DNA from: Oscillatoriaceae cyanobacterium M7585_C2015_266
GTDB lineage: Bacteria; Cyanobacteriota; Cyanobacteriia; Cyanobacteriales; Oscillatoriaceae
Assembly (NCBI GenBank): GCA_015295835.1
Contig: DVEG01000020.1
Coordinates: 299,709-331,708 of the forward strand
Direction: 5' to 3'
DNA length: 32,000 nt
The notes under the pieces are model-generated. The model had not been told where the DNA came from. It did no database searches and saw only the letters and a list, made by a program, of their open reading frames with translations. The translations under genes and the position numbers were made by a program. Shown here piece by piece: positions 1 to 10,262 of the stretch. Position 1 is the stretch's first letter, and every line of letters begins with the position of its first letter.

Positions 1-715
1 CAATCTCAGAGCAAAAGCGATTAGAAATGGAAAATGGGACATCGGTAATCGGTATTATCCCAGTCTTTTACCAAGCTACAATCAGCAGATTATACTACAG
101 CTTAATACTTTTGTCAATACTGCTGTAAACAATAATCCAAGTATTAGAAGCGATCGCAATCGCATCATCAAAACCGCCTCTCCCGCTTAGGAAACCCCAA
201 GCTTCGACGCACATATTTTGGAAACAAACCAAGCCCTCTTTAACAAAACGATTGATGCACAAACATTAAAGAATCTCATCAGTTTGAAATTGGGGAATAG
301 AATACTCCCCTCGGCTTTTGCACTAATGCCAATTGATTCGATTCAGGATTTATTTTTAGTGAGCATTTTTGACATAAAAGTTTTCACTTGTAGATTTAGG
401 AAAAGTTGAGGATGAGTTCGACTGGCAAAGGCAAAAATGACAAGCCAGGTAAAGGAGCGCTCGCTCCTCAACACTCAAACTGGCAAGCAAGAATCTAGAC
501 AAACTTGGCAAAAAATGTTTTAATTGACATTAAAACGCCGACTGGCATAACAGGTGCACTACCAAATGCAAATAATCCGCTTTTAGTCGCAGGAGCAAAG
601 ATTGAAGCAGCTATTACGCCCACTTCGCTCTCCGGGTAGCGACAGAATTCGCGCGTATTTATTAAAAAATTTAAGAATTCAGGCATTGCCCGGGCGGAAT
701 TAGCTAGTAGGGAAA

Positions 716-1633
716 TTGCCTGTTCCGACTTTAAAAGGAAAATCCTATATGTTTAATCCAACCCAAATAATAATCGATGCCTTCGTAAACATCTTAAAAA
801 CAGGCTACCACCGTACCTATGGAGGATACAAGCCAGATTATGCCGACATTATCAGTTGGGCTGGAGGAATGGCGCTAGAAAATATCGCCAACAGCGACGC
901 CCTTTATCACAATATCGAACACACCATTATTGTCACCTTAGTAGGGCAAGAAATATTGCGGGGTAAGCACATTCGCGAAGGAGGAATATCTTGCGAAGAT
1001 TGGCTCCACTTCATCATTTCTCTATTGTGTCACGACATCGGTTATGTCAAGGGCGTTTGCAGACAAGATAAACCTGGTTTTTATGCCACCGGAGTAAACG
1101 GGGAAATTGTAGCTTTGCCTGACGGTACAACAGATGCTAGCCTTGCCCCTTACCGTGTCGAGCGCGGAAAATTATTTATTAATGAACGTTTCGGCGGTCA
1201 CAAAATTATCGATGTTGAGCAGATCGAACGCAATATTGAAATGACTCGCTTTCCGGTTGCTGATACACAGATTTATCACGATACAGCAAGCTTACCCGGA
1301 CTTGTTCTGGCTGCAGATTTAATTGGTCAGCTCAGTGATCCGGGATATTTTAGGAAAATTGGTGCTATTTTCTATGAGTTTGAAGAAATCGGGATAAATC
1401 AAAAACTAGGCTACAAAAATCCGGGAGATTTGCAACAAAAATATTCTAAGTATTTTTGGGACAGCGCCTATCCTTACATTCAGGAGGCGCTGCGTTATTT
1501 ATCTTTGACGCAACAAGGAAAACAAATTATTGCTAATTTACAGGCGAATGTATTTGTGCTGGAGTATCAAAATTCTGAAAAATACAATCAGGCTACTTCG
1601 GTGCTACTGCGGGCAAGCAGAGGCGCAGCTTGA
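716..1633 (+). CDS. HD-domain metal-dependent phosphohydrolase-like protein (true start may be the ATG at ~749)
   Basis: Long ORF with HD-type motifs (HNIEHT, LLCHDIGYVKG). An internal Met (MFNPTQIII) is a plausible alternative start. Confidence 0.75.
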   Translation: MPVPTLKGKSYMFNPTQIIIDAFVNILKTGYHRTYGGYKPDYADIISWAGGMALENIANSDALYHNIEHTIIVTLVGQEILRGKHIREGGISCEDWLHFIISLLCHDIGYVKGVCRQDKPGFYATGVNGEIVALPDGTTDASLAPYRVERGKLFINERFGGHKIIDVEQIERNIEMTRFPVADTQIYHDTASLPGLVLAADLIGQLSDPGYFRKIGAIFYEFEEIGINQKLGYKNPGDLQQKYSKYFWDSAYPYIQEALRYLSLTQQGKQIIANLQANVFVLEYQNSEKYNQATSVLLRASRGAA

Positions 1634-3246
1634 ATCAGAGTTTGCGTGTAAGGATGTTGTGGATGGGCAAAAATCTGTCGTGTGGGTCCGATTTCTACAA
1701 TCTTACCACTATTCATAACGGCAATGCGATCGCAAAAAAATCGTGCTACCCAAAGATCATGAGTAATAAATAAATAGGTTAACTGGAATTCTTCTTTTAA
1801 TTCCAACATCAATTCTAGTACCTGCGTCTGAACGCTGGCATCTAACATACTCACTGGCTCATCACAGATAACCAATTGCGGGCGAGTAATTAAGGCACGA
1901 GCGATCGCCACTCGTTGCTGCTGCCCTCCAGACAATTCAGCAGGAAAACGATCATAAAACTCTTTCCCTGCTAATCCCACCCGCTCAAGCATCTGTAAAA
2001 CCATTTCTTTTGCCTGTTTAGGCGTCGCCAGCTTGTGGATGAATAAAGGATCGGCAATACTCTGCCCAACCGTCATCATTGGATTGAGACAAGCGTGAGG
2101 ATCTTGAAAAATCATTTGCATTTGTCGTCGCTTTTGGCGCAGAGCTTTGGGCGATAATTTAGTCAAATCCGTGCCCATAAATTCTACTTTTCCGCCCGTT
2201 GGTTTAACTAATTGCAAAATCGTGCGTGACAGGGTACTTTTTCCGCATCCAGATTCTCCTACCAATCCTAGAATTTCCCCTGGATATAGTTCTAGGTTAA
2301 TGCCATCAACGGCTTTAATTATTTGCTCTGGTTGTTTGGAAAATAGCCGCTCTAAAAAGTTCTTTTCTATAATATAATGTTTTTGTAAATCTCGCACTAG
2401 CAATAAGGGAGATTGAGACTGAAAAGATTTCTGAGAAAGAGTGTTTTTTTCGGCTTGAATATGCAGCGCTGCATTCAAGAGTGAGCGGGTGTATTGGTGC
2501 TGCGGATTCTGGAAAACATCTGTAGCTGTACCGATTTCTACGATTTTGCCAGCATACATCACGGCAATGCGATCGCAATATTCTCCCACCATCGCCAAAT
2601 CGTGGGAAATTAATATCAGCGCTAAATTTCTCTCACGAACTAGCCGCGTTAACTCTTGCATGATTTCCGCCGCAACTGTCACATCCAAACTGGTAGTCGG
2701 TTCGTCGGCGACAATCATTTTCGGTTCGAGAAGTAATGCTAAAGCGATAGCCACCCGTTGTCGCATTCCGCCACTGAACTCATGTGGGTACTGCCCCCAC
2801 CGCGACGCAGGAATTTTCACTGCTTCCAGAGTCGCGATCACCTTTTCCTTAGCCTGTTTACGATTAAGGTGCGGCTGGTGTGCTAGCAGCGTTTCCATAC
2901 AGTGTTCCCCGATAGTCATTAAAGGATCGAGGCGCGTCATTGGATCTTGGAAAACTAGCGACACCGCCTCACCACGAAAGCGGCGCAATTGTTCCGGCTG
3001 CATATCAAAAACTGACTGCCCCTCAAAAATTACCCGCCCCTCAATTTTTGTTGCCGCAGGCAGCAGGCGCATTGCCGCACGCCCCAAGGTTGACTTGCCG
3101 CATCCCGACTCTCCCACCAGCCCCAGCCTTTCTCCCGCTTTCAGCGTCAGAGAGACGCCATCCACTGCCCAATTAGTTTCCCCGCCTCCTGTTTGATAGG
3201 GATATGCAACCCGGAGATTTTCCACGCAAAACAATGCTTCACTCAT
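1588..3246 (-). CDS. ABC transporter with two fused ATP-binding domains, dipeptide/oligopeptide (DppD-DppF/GsiA/YejF-like) type
   Basis: Two Walker A motifs (GESGCGKST twice), two signature motifs (FSGGMRQRVAIA, LSGGQQQRVAIA), two Walker B motifs and oligopeptide-type C-terminal extensions. Confidence 0.93.
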   Translation of the reverse strand: MSEALFCVENLRVAYPYQTGGGETNWAVDGVSLTLKAGERLGLVGESGCGKSTLGRAAMRLLPAATKIEGRVIFEGQSVFDMQPEQLRRFRGEAVSLVFQDPMTRLDPLMTIGEHCMETLLAHQPHLNRKQAKEKVIATLEAVKIPASRWGQYPHEFSGGMRQRVAIALALLLEPKMIVADEPTTSLDVTVAAEIMQELTRLVRERNLALILISHDLAMVGEYCDRIAVMYAGKIVEIGTATDVFQNPQHQYTRSLLNAALHIQAEKNTLSQKSFQSQSPLLLVRDLQKHYIIEKNFLERLFSKQPEQIIKAVDGINLELYPGEILGLVGESGCGKSTLSRTILQLVKPTGGKVEFMGTDLTKLSPKALRQKRRQMQMIFQDPHACLNPMMTVGQSIADPLFIHKLATPKQAKEMVLQMLERVGLAGKEFYDRFPAELSGGQQQRVAIARALITRPQLVICDEPVSMLDASVQTQVLELMLELKEEFQLTYLFITHDLWVARFFCDRIAVMNSGKIVEIGPTRQIFAHPQHPYTQTLIQAAPLLARSSTEVA

Positions 3247-3473
3247 TTTTGGCTCTCGGCTATCAGCAATTATGCCCTCTGCAAACTTTTGATTTTAGAC
3301 TGTAAACTCTCCGGGGTAAGTAGTCCAGCTACCGGAGTGAGTGGGAGAGTAGGAGAGGGGTGAAGGGCTCTCAAGGATAGTTTTTTTATCTGCCCGCTCC
3401 AAAAAACAAATATTCTTGCTGTTTATCACCCCTTTTAAGTATCACCCTTCACCCCTTTTCTTTTTTCTACTGC

Positions 3474-3827
3474 TCACTCCCCAAGAAGTGCCGAACAATA
3501 ACCGAGCAGGGTTTTGAGGCGATCGCTCACTTGTATTTGTCTTACTCGTAAAGTTTCAGAAGAGTGCGCCGAGCGCAAAAACATCAAATCCATTTTTAAC
3601 AGGCGCAGTTGCTTGTGCATTTCCGTATGCAAAGACTGTATTCTAGATGCCATTTCTGGGGAAATATCGTCTGCTTTCAAACCCAAAATCTCCCGCCCGA
3701 AAAATTCTTGCACCCCAGAGAACGACTTCCAGAGTGTTCCCGTATCCGATTCTACGGTAATTTCCTGCAACTGTTCCAGGGTTTGCTTGAATTCCGTATA
3801 TTTCTTGCGGTAGTTACTCGGCACCAT
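3474..3827 (-). CDS. Small conserved cyanobacterial protein, possible heterocyst-frequency-control PatD-like family
   Basis: 117 aa. The pattern YRKKYTEFKQTLEQLQ...EMHKQLRLLKMDLMFLRSA...RLKTLLGYC resembles PatD-family proteins from memory; no database check was possible. Confidence 0.5.
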   Translation of the reverse strand: MVPSNYRKKYTEFKQTLEQLQEITVESDTGTLWKSFSGVQEFFGREILGLKADDISPEMASRIQSLHTEMHKQLRLLKMDLMFLRSAHSSETLRVRQIQVSDRLKTLLGYCSALLGE

Positions 3828-4080
3828 AATAAAATAAATTTACTTATATTACTATATTGTAAGAAAGCTCTTTTAATGACTGTTCATAAAGCTTCGAGGA
3901 AGCTGTGAATTTTCTTGACAGTGAGAATCTTCTAGCTAAATTGTTCACTGTCTCGATTTCAGCCTTCCCAAAAAGCACATCGCCACTTAAACCGCCAATA
4001 ATTCTGTATAAATTGATACAGAAATGCGTTACAGCTAATTCTCTGCACCCAAGACTACTTATACATAAAGAGAGAGAGTT

Positions 4081-6348
4081 ATGAATCCAGTTGCAACAAC
4101 TTGTTCTTATAATGTCGAACTTCCCGATTGGCTGGAAAATTGCTTGCAATCCCAAAATGAAACATTAGACACAAAAGAAAATTTTGCTTCCCCGGCAGAT
4201 AAATCATTAATCTGTAGAGCATTTGATTTTGCATATAATTTGCATGAAGGACAGGTTCGGAAATCTGGAGAACCCTATATTTGCCATCCGATCGCAGTAG
4301 CAGGGTTACTGCGAGATCTTGGCGGCAATAGCACAATGATAGCGGCAGGCTTACTACACGATGTCGTTGAAGATACCAACGTTACACTAGAAGAACTAGA
4401 AGAGCGGTTTGGTTACGAGGTGCGGCTACTGGTAGAAGGTGTTACCAAACTCTCGAAAATTAAGTTTTCTAGCAAAACCGAGCGTCAAGCAGAAAGCTTC
4501 CGCCGCTTGTTCCTAGCAATGGCTCAAGATATTCGGGTAATCGTAGTCAAGCTGGCAGATCGCTTACATAACATGCGCACGCTAGAACACCTGCCCGAGG
4601 AGAAGCGCCGTCAAATTGCTCTGGAAACGCGAGAAATCTTTGCACCTTTGGCCAATCGTCTGGGGATCGGTAGCTTTAAATGGGAATTAGAAGATTTAGC
4701 GTTTAAATATTTAGAACCCGAAGCCTACCGCCAGATACAGGAGTTGGTGGCAGAAAAACGTTCCGCTCGGGAAGCGCAGTTAGCAGAAATAGCTGCAACC
4801 CTCAGACAACGTATAGAAAAAGCTAACATTCGCTGTATAGATGTCAGCGGGCGTCCCAAGCACTTATATGGTATTTATCAAAAGATGCAGCGACAAAACA
4901 AAGAATTTCACGAAATATATGATGTAGCTGCAGTACGGATTATAGTTGAAACAAAAGAAGAATGCTATCGCGCTTTGGCGATCGTACATGACCTCTACCG
5001 CCCTATCCCAGGTCGATTTAAGGATTATATCGGTTTACCAAAACCTAATAGATACCAATCTCTACATACCGTAGTGATCGGAAATACAGGGCGCCCTGTC
5101 GAAGTACAGATTCGCACCCTGGAAATGCACCATATTGCTGAGTACGGAATTGCCGCTCATTGGAAGTACAAAGAAACTGGTTCCTCGAATCATACTCAGA
5201 TGTCTGATATTGAGGAAAAATTCACTTGGCTACGGCAGCTTTTGGATTGGCAAAGCGATCTCAAAGATGCTCAGGAATATATGGAGAGCATCAAAAATAA
5301 TTTATTTGAAGATGAAGTGTTTGTTTTTACTCCGAAAGGAGATGTGATAGCCTTGGCACGAGGGGCAACGCCGGTGGATTTTGCCTATCGCATTCATACA
5401 GAAGTAGGTAATCACTGTGCCGGGGCGCGGGTGAATGATCGCATGGTGCCTTTGGATACGCCGCTGAAAAATGGCGATATTGTGGAAATTTACACCCATA
5501 AAAACAGTCACCCAAGTTTGGATTGGTTGAATTTTGTGGTGACAACGGGAGCGCGCAACCGGATTCGTCAGTGGTATAAGCGATCGCACCGTGAGGAAAA
5601 TATAGAACGGGGTCGCAGTTTACTGGAAAAAGAATTGGGCAAAAATGGCTTTGAAGCTTTGCTGAAGTCGGAACAGATGCAAAAAGTTGCCGAACGCTCT
5701 AATTACCATAGCGTCGAAGACTTGCTTGCTGCACTGGGTTACGGCGAGATAACTCTCAACCAAGTCGTTCACCGCTTGCGTGATGTCGTCAAATCTACTC
5801 AGGCAGTAGCCTTGCTCCCAGAAACGCCTCCCCTACCAACAGAAGCAGCTCGCACCTTTCGGCAATCCCCACAAGTTTCTACTTCAACAAAATCTCCGAT
5901 CGCTGGTGTCGAAGGTTTATTATATCATTTGGCTGGTTGTTGTCACCCAATCCCCGGCGAACCGATTATCGGTGTCGTTACCCGCAGCAGTCGCGGCATT
6001 TCTATTCACCGACAGGGATGTCCTAATCTGGAAACAGTACAGGGCGAGCGCTTAGTGCCAGTGAGTTGGAATCCCATTGATGAAGACGGGCGTCCTCAAA
6101 CTTACCCGGTTGAGGTGCAAATCGAAGCTATTGACAGGGTGGGGGTTCTCAATGACATTCTCTCCCGGCTCAAAGATAATAATATTAATGTACGCAGCGC
6201 GCAAGTCAAAACTTACCCTGGTTTACCAGCTCTGATTCAATTGTGTATTGATGTACGCGATCGCGCGCAACTTGATCGCACCTTCTCCCAGATTAAAAAG
6301 ATGAGCGACATCCTCAATATGCGACGTCTCAATCCAGTCGATGAATAA
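4081..6348 (+). CDS. relA/spoT: Bifunctional (p)ppGpp synthetase/hydrolase RelA/SpoT family
   Basis: 755 aa with hydrolase HD motif (LLHDVVEDTN), synthetase domain (GRFKDYIGLPKPNRYQSLHT), TGS domain (VFVFTPKGDVIALARGATPVDFAYRIHTEVG) and a C-terminal ACT domain. Confidence 0.96.
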   Translation: MNPVATTCSYNVELPDWLENCLQSQNETLDTKENFASPADKSLICRAFDFAYNLHEGQVRKSGEPYICHPIAVAGLLRDLGGNSTMIAAGLLHDVVEDTNVTLEELEERFGYEVRLLVEGVTKLSKIKFSSKTERQAESFRRLFLAMAQDIRVIVVKLADRLHNMRTLEHLPEEKRRQIALETREIFAPLANRLGIGSFKWELEDLAFKYLEPEAYRQIQELVAEKRSAREAQLAEIAATLRQRIEKANIRCIDVSGRPKHLYGIYQKMQRQNKEFHEIYDVAAVRIIVETKEECYRALAIVHDLYRPIPGRFKDYIGLPKPNRYQSLHTVVIGNTGRPVEVQIRTLEMHHIAEYGIAAHWKYKETGSSNHTQMSDIEEKFTWLRQLLDWQSDLKDAQEYMESIKNNLFEDEVFVFTPKGDVIALARGATPVDFAYRIHTEVGNHCAGARVNDRMVPLDTPLKNGDIVEIYTHKNSHPSLDWLNFVVTTGARNRIRQWYKRSHREENIERGRSLLEKELGKNGFEALLKSEQMQKVAERSNYHSVEDLLAALGYGEITLNQVVHRLRDVVKSTQAVALLPETPPLPTEAARTFRQSPQVSTSTKSPIAGVEGLLYHLAGCCHPIPGEPIIGVVTRSSRGISIHRQGCPNLETVQGERLVPVSWNPIDEDGRPQTYPVEVQIEAIDRVGVLNDILSRLKDNNINVRSAQVKTYPGLPALIQLCIDVRDRAQLDRTFSQIKKMSDILNMRRLNPVDE

Positions 6349-6372
6349 ATCTGAATAAATTTGCTGCTGTTG

Positions 6373-6831
6373 TTAAAAGCGATCGCTTACTTTACTACTT
6401 CCTTTTTCCTCTGCTGATCTTAGCTTGGTTTTCAGATATTGCAACCCAGCCCATGTGAGCATACATCCCGCCAAATAGTGCGGGAAGTCCCACCACACAA
6501 ATGTTGTCCCCAGTAGTAGTTTGCCTATAAACGAAGCTCGCATCACCTGCAAAAAAGGGGGCTGCCACAGTTGCAGCACTTCTATTAAGCATGTGGCGAT
6601 AAAAACCACTGCCGCTATTTTAGCCAGTGACGCCCTTGGCCAAATTAGCACTCCTATCATTATCCAGAATGCTTCATATATGATATCACCGAAATAATCA
6701 TTAATCCACTCTTTTAGTGGTCCCTGATAAAACTTACTGGCTATTCCTATAGGAATTAGAGCGATCGCGCAATACAATACAATCCTTCTGTACATTCGCA
6801 ATACCTTTTCTGTCTCTTTTATTTTCATCAT
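6373..6831 (-). CDS. Small membrane protein, DUF2809-like
   Basis: 152 aa, several hydrophobic helices; motifs GDIIYEAFWIMIG and ATCLIEVLQLWQPPFLQ. Confidence 0.7.
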   Translation of the reverse strand: MMKIKETEKVLRMYRRIVLYCAIALIPIGIASKFYQGPLKEWINDYFGDIIYEAFWIMIGVLIWPRASLAKIAAVVFIATCLIEVLQLWQPPFLQVMRASFIGKLLLGTTFVWWDFPHYLAGCMLTWAGLQYLKTKLRSAEEKGSSKVSDRF

Positions 6832-6973
6832 TTCCGTTTGTGTAATTCTATATTTTTCTGAGCCTGGAATATTTTTGTGAGAATATATTAAAAGTGTGTA
6901 AAGAAATGTTATTTTTTTATTAACGTTTAATACAAACTCTAAGTAACGACGATAGACTCATATAGAACTGCCG

Positions 6974-7774
6974 ATGCCAAACACCTATCCTAAAAAACTT
7001 CTAGTATCCCTCGCCGCCCTTTTCTTGGCTCTGTGTGTTTGGGCACAAGCCCCCGTCGCCCACGCCTACGACAATCCTGAGCTACTCCCAGACACTCAAA
7101 CTAATGTCATCGACTTGGCAAAATCCCTAACAGACATTCAGGAAGAAATGCTTAACAAAGACTTGCAGCAATTTGAAGCCGAAACCGGCTACAAGCTGCG
7201 AGTTTTAACCCAATACGATAGAACCCCAGGAAGGGCAGTAAAAAAATTCTGGGACTTGGATAACAAAAGTGTTCTCCTCGTTGCCGATCCGCGCGGCGGC
7301 AATATTCTTAATTTTAACGTCGGCGACGATTTGTACTCGCTACTGCCTCGCACCTTCTGGGTAGAATTGCAAACACGCTTTGGCAATCAATTCTTTGTCC
7401 GAGAACAAGGTGAAGACCAAGCTATTATTCAATCTTTAGAATCTGTTAAAACTTGTTTACGTCAAGGCGGTTGCCGCGTCGTACCCGGATTGCCAAGAGA
7501 GCAGTGGATTCTCACCCTGATTACTTCTGTTATCGGCGGCATTGTGTTTGGATTCGCTGCCCAACCCCGCGATGGAAAAGCGTTTGCATGGCAATGGGCG
7601 CTTATTTTCTCTCCCCTGTGGGGGATTTTATTTCTCGCTTTCGGTATAGGACCTGTTATTAGCCGCACAAACGATTGGCTACCTTTATTCCGCAATATTA
7701 TTGGGTTCGTTATGGGTGCGCTAGTAGCCTACCTGACGCCGATTATTAGTCAATCTTCTGCATCTGAAACTTAA
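6974..7774 (+). CDS. TPM-domain protein with signal peptide and C-terminal membrane helices (Psb32-like)
   Basis: N-terminal signal peptide (LALCVWAQAPVAHA), TPM-type region (NVIDLAKSLTDIQEEMLNKDLQQFEAETGYKLRVLT), C-terminal hydrophobic segments. Confidence 0.75.
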   Translation: MPNTYPKKLLVSLAALFLALCVWAQAPVAHAYDNPELLPDTQTNVIDLAKSLTDIQEEMLNKDLQQFEAETGYKLRVLTQYDRTPGRAVKKFWDLDNKSVLLVADPRGGNILNFNVGDDLYSLLPRTFWVELQTRFGNQFFVREQGEDQAIIQSLESVKTCLRQGGCRVVPGLPREQWILTLITSVIGGIVFGFAAQPRDGKAFAWQWALIFSPLWGILFLAFGIGPVISRTNDWLPLFRNIIGFVMGALVAYLTPIISQSSASET

Positions 7775-7826
7775 TATAGGGGTTTGTGTGGGAGCGCTCG
7801 CTCTTTTCCACCGCTCCCCCACTTGT

Positions 7827-8843
7827 TTACACTTGCAAACTCAATTTCGGCGTAACAGGTATCCCAGGAACAGAAACAGGTTTTGTCTGCTGCACTATTC
7901 CTATCTGACTCAAGAAAAGACCTGCTAAAATCACACTGCCGCCAATTAATTGCGCAAAGTTCGGAATTTCACCTAAAATTAAATAAGCAGCTACTACCCC
8001 GGCAAGCGGTGTAAAACAACCAGCTAGAGAAATATCAGCGGCAGCAGAATTTTTAACGCCTGTAAACCAGCAAATTTGACCAAGCCCGAAAATTATTGGC
8101 CCTCCTAAGAACATCAACTGCCATAAATAAGGGGAAAAGGCATCTGATAAATGATGGTTGTCATATCCGGCTGCAATTAAGCAAAATGATACTGTGGTTC
8201 CTGCCACTGCCCTGGATACGCTGATCATGCCACTGGGAATCTGGCTGAGTTGTGTTTTGATGATTAAAGTCGCGCTGGCAAATGCGATCGCTGCCCCTAC
8301 GACTAATATTTCACCTTTACCTACATGGTAGAAAATTCCTGCACTCTCTGTTTGCAGGGCAGTAGTCAATCCCACCCCCGTGAAGGCGATCGCAGTTCCG
8401 ATAATTTGACAAATCGTAACTCTTTCTTTCAGCAACCATACTGAAAGCACTAACACTAATAGCGGCTCCAGTCGCCCTACTAATACTACATTTGCTACAG
8501 GCGTCATTGACAGGGCTTTGAAAACTAACAGCGGTGCGATCGCTCCATTTAAAAGCCCCACCGCTGCCAAGCATAACCACTCCCGCCTCCCTCGCTGTTT
8601 GAAAAAACTTATATCCCACTGTCGGCAGTATACTGCTATCATAAATATTAAAGCGCAGAAATTTCCCGCCAGCGAGATATTTAAATAAGAAATATGCTCT
8701 GCCCCCATTTCCGTCAGCCGCCTTACGAAGGCAGTAGACATGCCGAAAATAACAATGCCTAAAAATAAATATACAGGCCCCGGAATCTGTAATGCCCAAT
8801 TAGAGAAATTTGCCCTTCTGATTTCCATCCCTGAACACCGCAA
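7827..8843 (-). CDS. EamA/DMT-family drug/metabolite transporter
   Basis: About 10 hydrophobic segments in two EamA-like repeats (NVVLVGRLEPLLVLVLSVWLLKERV; ISLAGCFTPLAGVVAAYLILGE). Confidence 0.85.
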   Translation of the reverse strand: MRCSGMEIRRANFSNWALQIPGPVYLFLGIVIFGMSTAFVRRLTEMGAEHISYLNISLAGNFCALIFMIAVYCRQWDISFFKQRGRREWLCLAAVGLLNGAIAPLLVFKALSMTPVANVVLVGRLEPLLVLVLSVWLLKERVTICQIIGTAIAFTGVGLTTALQTESAGIFYHVGKGEILVVGAAIAFASATLIIKTQLSQIPSGMISVSRAVAGTTVSFCLIAAGYDNHHLSDAFSPYLWQLMFLGGPIIFGLGQICWFTGVKNSAAADISLAGCFTPLAGVVAAYLILGEIPNFAQLIGGSVILAGLFLSQIGIVQQTKPVSVPGIPVTPKLSLQV

Positions 8844-9355
8844 TTAAAAATTTTTCATTTTATTTCCCAGAGAAAGTTTTGCCCCTGAATTCAGGAGCGC
8901 TCGCTGCCATCTTCTCTTTTCTACACGCAGCTTTGTGTAGAGGTTCGTGTATGTGAACCCCTGCGAATCCCTAACAGGCAATTACTTTGTCAATAACCTA
9001 GAGGCTATTTACAGCCTGAAAATCGCCAATAGCCGATTAGCTCCTTGAAAAATAATTGGCATTTTGGCCATTCTTTGGGGATTTTTAATATACAAACTTC
9101 TTGCCATCTCCGAAAGGAGAATATTTTTCTACCTCAATCGCATTGTAGCACGAAATTTATAAAAAAATTTCAAATTTTTCAGAAGTTTTTTTTGGGGGAA
9201 AAGAGGAGAGAGGGCCAAGGGCCAAACCGCTCTTTAACTCGACAGTTATTCTATGCCGGCGCTTTTGTAGATACGTAGTATGCAACCTTTCTGGCAATTT
9301 ACTTATAATTTACTTTTGTTTATTCACAGCGTGTCTATTTGCATTTAAGCAAAGA

Positions 9356-10249
9356 TTATCGAAAGCGAATTAATTGTTTTAACTCTTGCCACCACAGGAT
9401 TTTACCAGAGGTAGTTTGCTTGTTAATGAAAACGCCATTACTAGGGCTGAAAAAAAGCGCTAAAACAAAAAATCCCGACGTCACTAAAACGATCGCTGGT
9501 CCTGGAGGTATGTTATTATAGTAACTAATATACATGCCGCTGATACTGGAAATGATCCCGAAAATAGCTCCTAATATCATTACTTGATGCAAGCGGGGAA
9601 CTAACAAGTAAGCTGTTGCAGCTGGAGTAATTAATAAAGCTAACACAAGCACAACGCCAACGGCTTTCATGCTGGCAACGACGGTTAAAGCGATCAAAAC
9701 CATTAAACCAAAATTAAGCAGATTTACAGGCAATCCTGTAGCCTGGGCACCAAGAGGATCGAAGCTGTAAAATAATAGTTCTTTGTAAAGTAGTATTACG
9801 ACAAGCAAGACAAGTACGGAAATAATAGCAGTGTCGCGGACATCTTCGGGGAGAACACTAAGAATATTGCCGAATAAAAAATGATTGAGGTCAATTTTGT
9901 TGTCTTTCTGTATAATAGTAATTAAGGTAATGCCGAGGGCAAAAAAGGCAGAAAAAACAATGCCCATGGCAGCATCTTCTTTGATAGGCGAGCGCGTACG
10001 TATCCAAGCGATCGCAATCGTACTGAGGACGCCGGCAATAAAAGCACCAATAAAAATATTAGAATCTAACATAAAAGCGATCGCCAGCCCCGGCAGTACC
10101 GAGTGAGAAATCGCCTCTCCCAGAAGCGCTAAACGCTGTACCATTAAGTAACTGCCCACAACAGCGCAAGTCAAACCAACCAAAACCCCAATAGCAAGCG
10201 CTCGCTGTATAATTTCCGAATGCCACGGTTCCAGCAAAATTTGTAACAT
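9356..10249 (-). CDS. mntB: Metal (Mn/Zn) ABC transporter permease
   Basis: ABC-3-type permease sequence (GEAISHSVLPGLAIAF; LLITPAATAYLLV), adjacent to ATPase and binding-protein genes. Confidence 0.8.
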   Translation of the reverse strand: MLQILLEPWHSEIIQRALAIGVLVGLTCAVVGSYLMVQRLALLGEAISHSVLPGLAIAFMLDSNIFIGAFIAGVLSTIAIAWIRTRSPIKEDAAMGIVFSAFFALGITLITIIQKDNKIDLNHFLFGNILSVLPEDVRDTAIISVLVLLVVILLYKELLFYSFDPLGAQATGLPVNLLNFGLMVLIALTVVASMKAVGVVLVLALLITPAATAYLLVPRLHQVMILGAIFGIISSISGMYISYYNNIPPGPAIVLVTSGFFVLALFFSPSNGVFINKQTTSGKILWWQELKQLIRFR

Positions 10250-10262
10250 ATCAATTCAATCC

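Noticed and set aside
218-686. Two small ORFs (218-409 +, 495-686 -) in the leftmost non-coding region
   Set aside because: No motif, short and isolated; I cannot support them as genes or as fragments of a known family.
8317-8799. 160-aa plus-strand ORF antisense to the EamA transporter
   Set aside because: Antisense shadow of a clear membrane-protein gene.
9045-9278. 77-aa plus-strand ORF in the 8.8-9.3 kb intergenic region
   Set aside because: No ribosome-binding context or conserved motif noticed; overlaps hairpin-rich AT-rich sequence.
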